Shown here in pieces: positions 55,980 to 64,000 of a DNA stretch of 64,000 nucleotides. This DNA is from a virus (lineage: Duplodnaviria > Caudoviricetes): positions 26,006-90,005 of IMG/VR virus record IMGVR_UViG_3300043391_000675; one strand, written 5' to 3'. Position numbers and translations under genes: made by a program. Position 1 is the first letter of the stretch, and the number at the start of each line of letters is the position of its first letter. The notes beneath the pieces were generated by a model that was given only the letters and a program-made list of their open reading frames with translations, ran no database searches and was not told the DNA's origin.

Positions 55980-56670
55980 TTACTTCATTGTCCCATTTTG
56001 GATCATACATGTCTGGAGTATGAAATTTTTTACTGTAGTCAAGCATTGTTACTATAGAGTATTTTGTTCCCTTAGTTACCGCTTTTGCCTGATGGGCATA
56101 CATAAAATTAGATGGGAAAACATATAGATCTCCAGCCTTTGGTTTAATGTCTAGATTCTGAAGTCTAAAATAAAGCCCACCATCTTCATAATCATCGTTA
56201 ACATATCCTACAAGAGAAACAACACAATTGTAAGAATACCCATGATCTTGATGCTCCATAAAATGCTGGCTTTCTCCATATTTAATAAAGTTAAAAGCTT
56301 CCCAGTACTTAAGCTCCATAATATTGTGTGCTTTGCAATAATCTACAACTGCTGGATATTGAACATCATATACATCTTGCCACAGAGCTTTTAGCTTTTC
56401 TGCATCTTCGCTTTTGTCTAAAGCAATATCACTTTTTTTAAACTTAATATCTACACAGTCTCTATAGTCTGGCATTAGTTGTTGATAGCCAACGTATGCT
56501 GGCTGGAAAGTATATCTTTTTTCTTTAGTTCCAACTTGTCCAACTGCACCCTCAAGCCTATTAATTATATCAAGGTCTTTTTTTAAGACATCTCTGTATA
56601 CAAATATTCCAGGGGCTAGCTCTTCTTTGCTGCTCCAAGTAGGTGCTGTGCTTTTAGTTGCTGTTGTCAT
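55960..56670 (-). CDS. 2OG-Fe(II) oxygenase, P4H-like (2nd)
   Basis: HQD, YVNDDYEDGGL, HQAKAVTKGTK. Confidence 0.9.
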   Translation of the reverse strand: MTTATKSTAPTWSSKEELAPGIFVYRDVLKKDLDIINRLEGAVGQVGTKEKRYTFQPAYVGYQQLMPDYRDCVDIKFKKSDIALDKSEDAEKLKALWQDVYDVQYPAVVDYCKAHNIMELKYWEAFNFIKYGESQHFMEHQDHGYSYNCVVSLVGYVNDDYEDGGLYFRLQNLDIKPKAGDLYVFPSNFMYAHQAKAVTKGTKYSIVTMLDYSKKFHTPDMYDPKWDNEVNENNSI

Positions 56671-57440
56671 TTATAATCCCTCTTTGTCCAAACTTTTGAT
56701 TTATATACTCCACCGTCAGGCTGACGATAAAAATTTGCATTTTCAACTAATCTGTCTTGCATTTCTTTTATTTTTAAATATTCAACATCGTGATCCCAAT
56801 CTTCTCTTTTAAATGGAAGAATCTGTAAGAATGGCGTTCCTTTTGGAATAGTGCCTTCCCAGTCTTTTGCAATAAAAAACGGAAATGTTCCAAGTAAGTG
56901 AACTTTATCGTTGTCAACAACACCACTTGTATTTAAAAATGGTAAATCAAATCTATTCATTGGTGTCATAAATAATGCACTATAGCCTTCTGGAACTTGA
57001 ATTCCCCATTCTGGGTACCATGCAAAATGATCTTCGTAATATCCTATAGGAGATGGGAATTGTTCCATAGGAGTTCTTTCTGTTACAAAACTAATATGCT
57101 TTTTGTCTTTTACTTCTACAGAAATCTTTCCATTTTTATTTTTTGAAAATACTAAATCGCATGGAGTGCTTAAAACATATCCAGTCATAAATGCATCTAA
57201 TATTGCTGGGCAGGCTTTCCATGTAGGAATCTTGCCAAAATCTTTTGGGTCCCCTTCTTTTGAAACAGGACATACCTCTTTTGTGGCCTTATAGTATTCA
57301 CCATTTGGCATCTTTGCAAATCTATCAGCCTCTTTATACCATGCAGGTATGCTTTGCTGTGTTGGTTTTGGCACTGATGGGCTAAACTTGTTTAGCCATG
57401 GCCTAAACGATTGAAATAATATTTTAATAGGTTTTGCCAT
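56667..57440 (-). CDS. DUF6065/dUTPase-fold-like protein (likely start 57440)
   Basis: [50 protein letters not shown]. Confidence 0.65.
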   Translation of the reverse strand: MAKPIKILFQSFRPWLNKFSPSVPKPTQQSIPAWYKEADRFAKMPNGEYYKATKEVCPVSKEGDPKDFGKIPTWKACPAILDAFMTGYVLSTPCDLVFSKNKNGKISVEVKDKKHISFVTERTPMEQFPSPIGYYEDHFAWYPEWGIQVPEGYSALFMTPMNRFDLPFLNTSGVVDNDKVHLLGTFPFFIAKDWEGTIPKGTPFLQILPFKREDWDHDVEYLKIKEMQDRLVENANFYRQPDGGVYKSKVWTKRDYK

Positions 57441-58131
57441 TCTCTTTGTCATGATAAAGATCATTGTAGTCCATCATAATAACAACAGCATACTTTGTGC
57501 CAGATAATAAATTTAAAGATGCATGCTCATAAACAAAATTAGAAGGGAAAAGAATTATGTCTCCTGCCTTTGGTTTTAAGACAAGGTCGTGTCGTGGAAA
57601 TTCAATTTCCCCGCCCTCATAATCGTCATTTAAATAAACAACTGCAGAAACTGTACATGTGTAATATGGACCATGATCAGCATGAATTTTAAAAAATTCT
57701 CCTGGTAGATATTTAACAAAGTTAAATGCTTCTTTGTAATTAATGTTAAAATTCCAAACGGACTCATAATGTCTTAGTGATTTATTTAATCCAACATCAA
57801 CAATATCATAGCATTCTCTTAAAACATCACTATCTGCAAGATAGTTACCAAGCTGATCTCTTTTAAACTTTAAATCATAACAATTTCTAGCATGACTAGT
57901 TGGCTCGGCTTTAGCATTAACGGTTGCTCCGTGCCACTTTATTCCACGTTTATCCAAAGATATTTCTTCTTCAAGCATGTTGATTAATCTTTGGCAATCT
58001 TCTTTACTAATTGCATTTCTATAAAGATTTATTCCATATTCAAGATTTTCAACAATCATGCCATTGTCAATTTTTTTTGGTTCAACTCTTGAAGTTGTTT
58101 TTTCAATTCGTGGTAGGTCATACCATTCCAT
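57424..58131 (-). CDS. 2OG-Fe(II) oxygenase, P4H-like (1st)
   Basis: [25 protein letters not shown]. Confidence 0.9.
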   Translation of the reverse strand: MEWYDLPRIEKTTSRVEPKKIDNGMIVENLEYGINLYRNAISKEDCQRLINMLEEEISLDKRGIKWHGATVNAKAEPTSHARNCYDLKFKRDQLGNYLADSDVLRECYDIVDVGLNKSLRHYESVWNFNINYKEAFNFVKYLPGEFFKIHADHGPYYTCTVSAVVYLNDDYEGGEIEFPRHDLVLKPKAGDIILFPSNFVYEHASLNLLSGTKYAVVIMMDYNDLYHDKENGKTY

Positions 58132-58193
58132 AGTATCTCATTTCTACTATAACATCTTATCATACTATTCTAGAAAAGAAAAGTATATTTTAT

Positions 58194-59240
58194 TTAGTAT
58201 CCTCTAAAGTATGGGAAGTATGGTCCGCCGCCAAATGATGGGAAGAATGGGAAGTATGGTCCGAATCCTGGGAAGAACGGTCCGAATCCTGGGAAGAACG
58301 GTGCCTTAAATCCTGGGAAGTATGGTCCGAATGTTGGTGGGAAGAACGGTGGGAAGAATGGGAAGTACGGTGGGAAGAATGGGAAGAACGGTGGGAAGAA
58401 CGGTGGGAAGAACGGTGGGAAGAATGGTGGGAAGAATGGGAAGAACGGTGGGAAGAACGGTGGGAAGAACGGTGGGAAGAATGGTGGGAAGAATGGGAAG
58501 AATGGTGGGAAGAATGGGAAGAACGGTGGGAAGAACGGTGGGAAGAACGGTGGGAAGAATGGTGGGAAGAATGGGAAGAACGGTGGGAAGAACGGGAAGA
58601 ATGGTGGGAAGAAAGGCGGGAAGAACGGGAAGAACGGTGCTATGGTAGTAATATTAGCACTATTATTTGAAGCCAAAGAAGTTCCATTAGCATTAGTTGC
58701 TGTAGCTGAATATGTTTGAGAAGTATTTGCTGTATCAGCAATAACTACAGAAGTTGCATTAGCCGCTAAATTTCCAGATGAAGATCCATCTGATCCAGTA
58801 ACATTATGCCGTGTTAATGCAGATCCTCCAGAAGCTCCTATTTGCCAGTTAATTGTATTTTGATTAACACCAGCAGTTGCAGTAAGTGATTGTGGCGCTT
58901 GAGGAACTGTGCTTACTGTAACTGCTGATGAAGCAATTGAAACAAGAGAGGTTCCAGCAGCATTTGATGCTGTCATTGTAAATGTTGGATTTGCTGTTGA
59001 TGCAAAGCCAGTTACAGTAATTGGAGATGATGATCCAGTTGCTGTTTGTCCAGTGCTAGCTGTTATAGTATAAGATGTTGCTGGTGGAGATGCTGCTGGC
59101 AAAGAGAAAGTTAATATTACGGCTCCGTTGTTGTAAGGCCGATCTGTTCCGACGTTTGTAACACTATCAATTATTGGTCTGCTTGGCTCCAAAAAATTGT
59201 CTTGCGCCGAAGATTTTCTACCTATTCTTTTGTTTGCCAT
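58194..59240 (-). CDS. Two FN3 domains plus C-terminal (PPFF)n-FRGY tail
   Basis: FN3 motifs TFTMTASNAAGTS, VPQAPQSLTA, YSATATNANGTS; about 147-aa Pro/Phe tail. Confidence 0.88.
   Translation of the reverse strand: MANKRIGRKSSAQDNFLEPSRPIIDSVTNVGTDRPYNNGAVILTFSLPAASPPATSYTITASTGQTATGSSSPITVTGFASTANPTFTMTASNAAGTSLVSIASSAVTVSTVPQAPQSLTATAGVNQNTINWQIGASGGSALTRHNVTGSDGSSSGNLAANATSVVIADTANTSQTYSATATNANGTSLASNNSANITTIAPFFPFFPPFFPPFFPFFPPFFPFFPPFFPPFFPPFFPPFFPFFPPFFPFFPPFFPPFFPPFFPPFFPFFPPFFPPFFPPFFPPFFPFFPPYFPFFPPFFPPTFGPYFPGFKAPFFPGFGPFFPGFGPYFPFFPSFGGGPYFPYFRGY
58197..58637 (-). repeat. In-frame 12-nt/9-nt tandem repeat encoding PPFF/PFF (array 2)
   Basis: Same CCACCGTTCTTC and CCATTCTTC units as array 1; distal PYF/PGF variants. 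Confidence 0.95.
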
Positions 59241-59269
59241 TTATTTAACCCCTGTCTTTAATTTTTTCA

Positions 59270-62200
59270 TTACGCTGTTAGATCTCCAGCTAGTAACCAA
59301 GTGTCTGTTGCAACCTTAGTCAATGTTGCTGATGAATATGTTGTTCTTAATTTTAATCCTGGTGTAGCTTGGATTGTAACTCCACCTGCTCCAGCAAAAC
59401 TTGCAGCAGTTCCTGCTGATTGATAAAAATCAATTGAAGTTCCAACTGGGAATGCTGTTGTTGCATTTGTTGGCACAGTTACAACATGTGTTCCTGATAT
59501 TGGAATTAATTGATCTCTCAATGTAAGTCCACCTGTTGAAAGGTTATATGCTGCAGATATTGTTGTTCCAATTGTTGTAAGTGATGGGACACCAGCTTTT
59601 GTTTGAGTACCATCTGTAAATGCTACTCCAGATGCTGCAACTGTTACTGTACCAGTAAATGTAGGTGAAGCAAGCGGTGCGAATCCTGAAATGCTTGCGC
59701 CTGCTGGTATGGTAACTGTTCCTGTAAATGTTGGTGAATCTGTTGGTGCTAATACGGAATATGTTGTTCCATCGTTTGTAAACTCCCATTTATCAGAAGA
59801 CTCGTTCCATCGAATCTGAACTGCATTTGAATCTCCACGCATAACTCTTATTCCTGAATTCTCTGTTGGAGCTCCAGTGGTAAAATTGCTATTTAGATCA
59901 ATGATGTTGTCAGCCAAAGAAATTGTTTCTGTATTAACGCTTGTGGTTGTTCCGTTTACTGTAAAGTTTCCAGTAACAACTAGGTTTCCATTTACTTCTG
60001 CGTTATCGTTAAGATAAACTTTTCCTGTACCATTTCCTGATAGAGATAGGTCTGTATTTAATGACTTGCTTGCTAATGTATCTGACTTTAGACCATTGCT
60101 AAAGCTAATTCCATTACCGTCAGCACTTGAGAAATTAGCTCCTGCTTCTACAACTAGAGGGCCTTTAATATTAACAGAACCAGTTCCTGTTGGGTCTAGC
60201 TCAATATTACCGCTTCCGCTTGTTCTTAATCCTAGGTTTTCATCAGGATCAGCAGAAATAACGATTGCTCCTGATTCATCCTGAATAACTTTCTGACCAT
60301 TAACATAAAGTGATCCTGGACCTACGTAAATATCTTTCCACATCTTTGTAGGAGAACCTAGATCGTAAACGTTATCTGTACCTGGAACTATGCTTCCGCC
60401 TGCTGTTACTGTTGGAAGAACTACTGTGCCAGTAAATGTTGGAGAAGCAAGATTTGCTTTTAATCCAAATGAGGTGCTAAGCCCATCAATTTTTGATTGA
60501 GCAATTGCTGCTGATGGATTTATATCAGCATTTACAATTGTGTCTGGTGCAATCTTTCCAGTTGTTACTGCATCATTTGCAATTTTTCCAGTTGTTATTG
60601 CTGAATCTGCAATTTTTCCAGTTGTTATTGCTAAATCTGCAACATCTGCTGTTGCAACCGCTCCATCAGCAATCATTCCAGATGTAACTGTTCCTGCTGG
60701 AAGTGTTACTGTGCCAGTAAATGTTGGAGAAGCTAGTGGTGCTTTAAGATCAATCTGTGTTTGAATGTTTGAGCTTGCTCCATTAAGAAGATCTAGCTCA
60801 ACTGATGAAATATTTCCAATGCTTGTTGTTGCAGGAAGAGATACCGTTCCTGTAAATGTTGGTGAAGCAAGTGGGGCGTATGTAGTTGCTGCTGTTGCTG
60901 AAGCCAACTTAGCATCAATCTGTGTTTGAATGTTTGAGTTTGCTCCGTTAAGAAGCTCTATCTCTTCTGCTGAGATATTTCCAATGCTTGTTGTTGCAGG
61001 AAGAGATACTGTTCCAGTAAATGTTGGTGCTGCAAGTGGGGCGTATGTAGTTGCTGCTGTTGCTGAAGCCAACTTAGCATCAATCTGAGTCTGTACGTTT
61101 GCTGTAACTCCGTTAAGAAGCTCTAGCTCAGTTGATGAAACCAAGCCTATGCTTGTTGTTGCAGGAAGAGATACTGTTCCAGTAAATGTTGGTGAAGCAG
61201 AAGGTGCCTTAGCATCAATCTGAGTCTGTACGTTTGCTGTAACTCCGTTTATCAGCTGCATTTCATCTGCAGAAACATTTCCAATGCTTGTAGTTATTGG
61301 AAGAGAAAATGTTCCAGTAAATGTTGGGGCATCAATTGTTGGAGCATTAATTGTTTTATTAGTTAGAGTTTGAGTTTCAGTTGTTCCAACAACTGTTCCT
61401 GGAAGAGTTTTTCCTAAAACTGTGCTTACTGTTAAAACGTCAATATTGTTTATCTTAACAGCCTTGTCTCCAGGAATATTAATATTTTCTGAAATATCCC
61501 ATGCTGATTTTGCAAGGCTATACTTGATTGATTTATCAGTTGTTCCCTTTAGAATTATTCCGCCTTGATCTGCAGCGGCATCAGTTGGTGTTGCTGTTTG
61601 TCCTAAAACAATATCTTTATCTTGAACTGTAAGTGTGGTTGAGTTAATTGTTGATGTTGATCCATTTACTGTCAAGTTTCCAGAAAGTGTTAGGTTAACT
61701 GCAGTAGCGTCTCCAGTAAGTGCTGGTGAATTTAATGGGGCTTTTAAAGCAATTGCTGATAATGCTGCAAGTGAGACTGGCTTATTTTCATCTGAAGTAT
61801 TATCAACATTAGACAAGCCAACATCTGATTTAGTAATTCCAGTTGGGGTATTTATTGCTGGAGATGTAAGAGTCTTATTTGTAAGAGTTTGTGTTCCTGT
61901 TGTAGTCGCAAGTATGCTTGTGTCTGCAATGCCATGTACTGCTGTTGTGTCTGCTTCGTGTGTTGCAATTGCTGCTGATATAGCAGCTGTCGCTGATATT
62001 TCTCGCCAGTTACCATTTGTGCTTGCAGGGGAAGAAGCGAGTACATATGTTGTACCATTATCTGATTGAATTGCAATATCGCCAGGTTCTGCGGTTAAAG
62101 CTAAACGTGCAGCTTGGTTTGCTGCTGAAGAAACTGTTACTTTAGCAAGTGGAGGTAGCTGTGCTGAAGGGATAAATCCTGATGAGTCTAGTGAAGCGAC

Positions 62201-62413
62201 TCCGTTTGCAACACCTTTTGTACTTAAAAGAATATAGTCGTCTACTGTTTGAGAGAGAGCATAACTTAGTGAATTCCAAGCGGTGCTTCCATCTCCAAAT
62301 TTAAATGTATTAGTATCTGTTTCAATACCAATTTCTCCAGCTGCTAGGGTTGGATTTGCTGCGACCCATTGAGCTTCTGTGCCTCTTCTTAACTGTAATC
62401 TTACTGTTGCCAT
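59270..62413 (-). CDS. Tail fibre with Mtd/hyaluronidase-type N-terminal domain and internal repeats
   Basis: RLQLRRGTEAQWVAANPTLAAGEIGIETDT..FKFGDG; four ~46-55-aa PTFTGTVSLPATTSIG...QTQIDAK repeats; ITTGKIAD repeats. Confidence 0.82.
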   Translation of the reverse strand: MATVRLQLRRGTEAQWVAANPTLAAGEIGIETDTNTFKFGDGSTAWNSLSYALSQTVDDYILLSTKGVANGVASLDSSGFIPSAQLPPLAKVTVSSAANQAARLALTAEPGDIAIQSDNGTTYVLASSPASTNGNWREISATAAISAAIATHEADTTAVHGIADTSILATTTGTQTLTNKTLTSPAINTPTGITKSDVGLSNVDNTSDENKPVSLAALSAIALKAPLNSPALTGDATAVNLTLSGNLTVNGSTSTINSTTLTVQDKDIVLGQTATPTDAAADQGGIILKGTTDKSIKYSLAKSAWDISENINIPGDKAVKINNIDVLTVSTVLGKTLPGTVVGTTETQTLTNKTINAPTIDAPTFTGTFSLPITTSIGNVSADEMQLINGVTANVQTQIDAKAPSASPTFTGTVSLPATTSIGLVSSTELELLNGVTANVQTQIDAKLASATAATTYAPLAAPTFTGTVSLPATTSIGNISAEEIELLNGANSNIQTQIDAKLASATAATTYAPLASPTFTGTVSLPATTSIGNISSVELDLLNGASSNIQTQIDLKAPLASPTFTGTVTLPAGTVTSGMIADGAVATADVADLAITTGKIADSAITTGKIANDAVTTGKIAPDTIVNADINPSAAIAQSKIDGLSTSFGLKANLASPTFTGTVVLPTVTAGGSIVPGTDNVYDLGSPTKMWKDIYVGPGSLYVNGQKVIQDESGAIVISADPDENLGLRTSGSGNIELDPTGTGSVNIKGPLVVEAGANFSSADGNGISFSNGLKSDTLASKSLNTDLSLSGNGTGKVYLNDNAEVNGNLVVTGNFTVNGTTTSVNTETISLADNIIDLNSNFTTGAPTENSGIRVMRGDSNAVQIRWNESSDKWEFTNDGTTYSVLAPTDSPTFTGTVTIPAGASISGFAPLASPTFTGTVTVAASGVAFTDGTQTKAGVPSLTTIGTTISAAYNLSTGGLTLRDQLIPISGTHVVTVPTNATTAFPVGTSIDFYQSAGTAASFAGAGGVTIQATPGLKLRTTYSSATLTKVATDTWLLAGDLTA

Positions 62414-62466
62414 TTTGTTACCCCTTATATATTTTATTTATACTGCTTATTGTATCATTTATTGCT

Positions 62467-62832
62467 TTAAGATATGACTCCAGAGTCAAAAACCATAGAA
62501 ACATCGGCATCTGTAGAGGATGGCGATCCACCATCTACAAATTTGCTTGTTCCTTCAGGGCTAACTCCATTTCCCTGTACTGTGTATATTGGTGCTCCGT
62601 TATAGTCAATGGCTAGACCAATATCCATAAAAGTAACCTGTGTACTTGTATCTGGAATATCTGAATTAAAAGCTATTGGAACCCATGTTCCATTTAGCTG
62701 TATTTGTAGCTTGTTTGTTGCTGTATCAAATCTAAGGGGTGTTGTTCCTAAAACGACGTTAGACCCAAATGTGGCAGTACCTGCTACATTGAGTCCATTT
62801 TTTACTCTAAAGTTTTTATCTGTTGTTGCCAT
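62467..62832 (-). CDS. Small virion-associated protein
   Basis: MATTDKNFRVKNGL...; between fibre genes; RBS AGGGG. Confidence 0.65.
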   Translation of the reverse strand: MATTDKNFRVKNGLNVAGTATFGSNVVLGTTPLRFDTATNKLQIQLNGTWVPIAFNSDIPDTSTQVTFMDIGLAIDYNGAPIYTVQGNGVSPEGTSKFVDGGSPSSTDADVSMVFDSGVIS

Positions 62833-62863
62833 TTAAGTTCACATATCCCCTAAGTGTTTTGGT

Positions 62864-62886
62864 GGGGGATTTTTAAGGAATCCCCC
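62864..62886 (-). terminator. GC-rich hairpin without U-tract after fibre gene
   Basis: GGGGGATT-7 nt-AATCCCCC. Confidence 0.5.
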
Positions 62887-62901
62887 AAAACCTTTATTAA
62901 A

Positions 62902-64000
62902 TTATTTAATTAGTGTTCCAACAACGACAACTTCAGTGTTAGCGTTTGCTGGTGTTACTCTAACTCTTACATCTGTTCCAGAATAATCTGCTGTTACTGC
63001 AGCCAATTCTGTTCCGTTTGAATATGTAATTCCATATTCAGAAACTGCTACGTTATTTGCAGTATCAAGTGTTACTACTAGATCAGAAACCTGAGTGTGA
63101 ACACCATTCTTTACCTTAACAACAAGCTTAGCGCTTCTGTAGTCTGTTGCGGTCCACGCAATAGCTGTTGTTTCTGCTGCTACTGCAATATTTCCAGTTG
63201 TTGCTGCAACTTGCTTAGCAACAGAGTTGTAATTAATTGCTGTAAATGCTGTAGTTCCATTTTGCTGTGCTGTGTTAGCTGCTGCTGCAGTTGCTTCTGC
63301 TGCTGCTTGAGCTGCGTTAGCCTTTGTAGTAGCATCTGTTGCTGCTGCTGAGATAGCTGCTGCTTGAGCTGCGTTAGCCTTTGTAGTAGCATCTGTTGCT
63401 GCTGCTGAGATAGCTGCTGCTTGAGCTGCGTTAGCCTTTGTAGTAGCATCTGTTGCTGCTGCTGAGATAGCTGCTGCTTGAGCTGCGTTAGCCTTAGATG
63501 TTGCGTCTGCTGCTGCAGTTGATACTGAAGCTGCGTCTCCTGATACTCTAAGTGCTGCTTCTGCTGCTACCTTAGATGTTGCATCTGCTGCTGCAGTTGC
63601 TTCTGCTGCTGATTGAGCTGCATCTGCTTCTGCTTTTGCAAATGCTGTGGTTGCAATCTGAGTTGTATTAGTATCTGCTGCTGCAGTAGGTGCTGTAGGT
63701 GTACCAGTAAGTGCTGGTGAAGCAAGTGGAGCTTTTGCTGACAAAGCAGTTGTCATTGTTGTTGCATAGTTTGCATCATCATTGATTGCTGCGGCTAATT
63801 CATTTAATGTGTCGAGAAGCTCTGGCGCACCAGTTGTTAGTACGCTTACTGCTGAAGAAATTGCTGTATTTCGGTCTGTAACCTCTGTTGCAATTGCTGT
63901 TGAAATTGCTGATGCTGAAGCTGAAGCTGCTGCAGAAATTGCTGCTGCTTGAGCTGCGTTAGCCTTTGTAGTAGCATCTGTTGCTGCTGCTGAGATAGCT
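62902..64000 (-). CDS. Ala-rich tail fibre protein (5' end beyond right edge)
   Basis: Frame open to 63999, including APELLDTLNELAAAINDDANYATTM and APLASPALTGTPTAPT fibre motifs. Confidence 0.85.
   Translation of the reverse strand, partial: AISAAATDATTKANAAQAAAISAAASASASAISTAIATEVTDRNTAISSAVSVLTTGAPELLDTLNELAAAINDDANYATTMTTALSAKAPLASPALTGTPTAPTAAADTNTTQIATTAFAKAEADAAQSAAEATAAADATSKVAAEAALRVSGDAASVSTAAADATSKANAAQAAAISAAATDATTKANAAQAAAISAAATDATTKANAAQAAAISAAATDATTKANAAQAAAEATAAAANTAQQNGTTAFTAINYNSVAKQVAATTGNIAVAAETTAIAWTATDYRSAKLVVKVKNGVHTQVSDLVVTLDTANNVAVSEYGITYSNGTELAAVTADYSGTDVRVRVTPANANTEVVVVGTLIK
63299..63495 (-). repeat. Perfect 57-bp tandem repeat (about 3.5 copies) encoding ISAAATDATTKANAAQAAA; further copy at ~63940-64000
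   Basis: Identical 57-nt units at 63299, 63356 and 63413. Confidence 0.95.

Noticed and set aside
58197-58637. CRISPR array suggested by repeats and a Cas4-like gene
   Set aside because: Repeats are contiguous 9-12-nt coding units with no unique spacers; there is no cas1/cas2, and stand-alone Cas4-like nucleases are common in phages.
58194-59240. Collagen-like repeat as oxygenase substrate
   Set aside because: There is no Gly-X-Y periodicity in either Pro-rich tail or elsewhere in the window.
4343-63449. Plus-strand ORFs throughout the track (e.g. 14186, 24003, 37587, 45971, 61635)
   Set aside because: All lie antisense to well-supported minus-strand genes and have no recognisable motifs.
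1-64000. Integrase, repressor, att site, lysis cassette or host chromosome junction
   Set aside because: None is recognisable here; lifestyle and lysis genes cannot be judged from this slice.

Overview
This window is a 64-kb slice of a large, AT-rich siphovirus-type dsDNA phage genome, with every supported gene on the minus strand. An actinobacterial host, probably freshwater, is inferred but not shown. Read in transcription direction (right to left), it holds: tail-fibre genes; an FN3-FN3-(PPFF)n protein followed by a tightly coupled cluster of six 2OG-Fe(II) oxygenases, two DUF6065/dUTPase-fold-like genes and an FkbM-like methyltransferase; the head and tail module (LamG protein, portal, prohead protease, capsid, neck, major tail, -1 frameshifted tail chaperones, a 2798-aa tape measure protein with embedded cargo domains, minor tail proteins); a 1238-aa FN3/thrombospondin-repeat/(PPFF)n protein; a replication and recombination module (phosphoesterase, DnaB, DnaG, two SSBs, DnaE, RecA, two resolvases, Cas4-like nuclease); terminase; two tRNAs; and a catalase-peroxidase (katG) running off the left edge, which the ORF track missed. 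The strongest candidate for a new system is the pair of distant proteins that end in Pro/Phe repeats plus an identical C-terminal FRGY, together with the prolyl-hydroxylase-like oxygenase array. All family assignments come from motif recognition by eye; no database searches were run.
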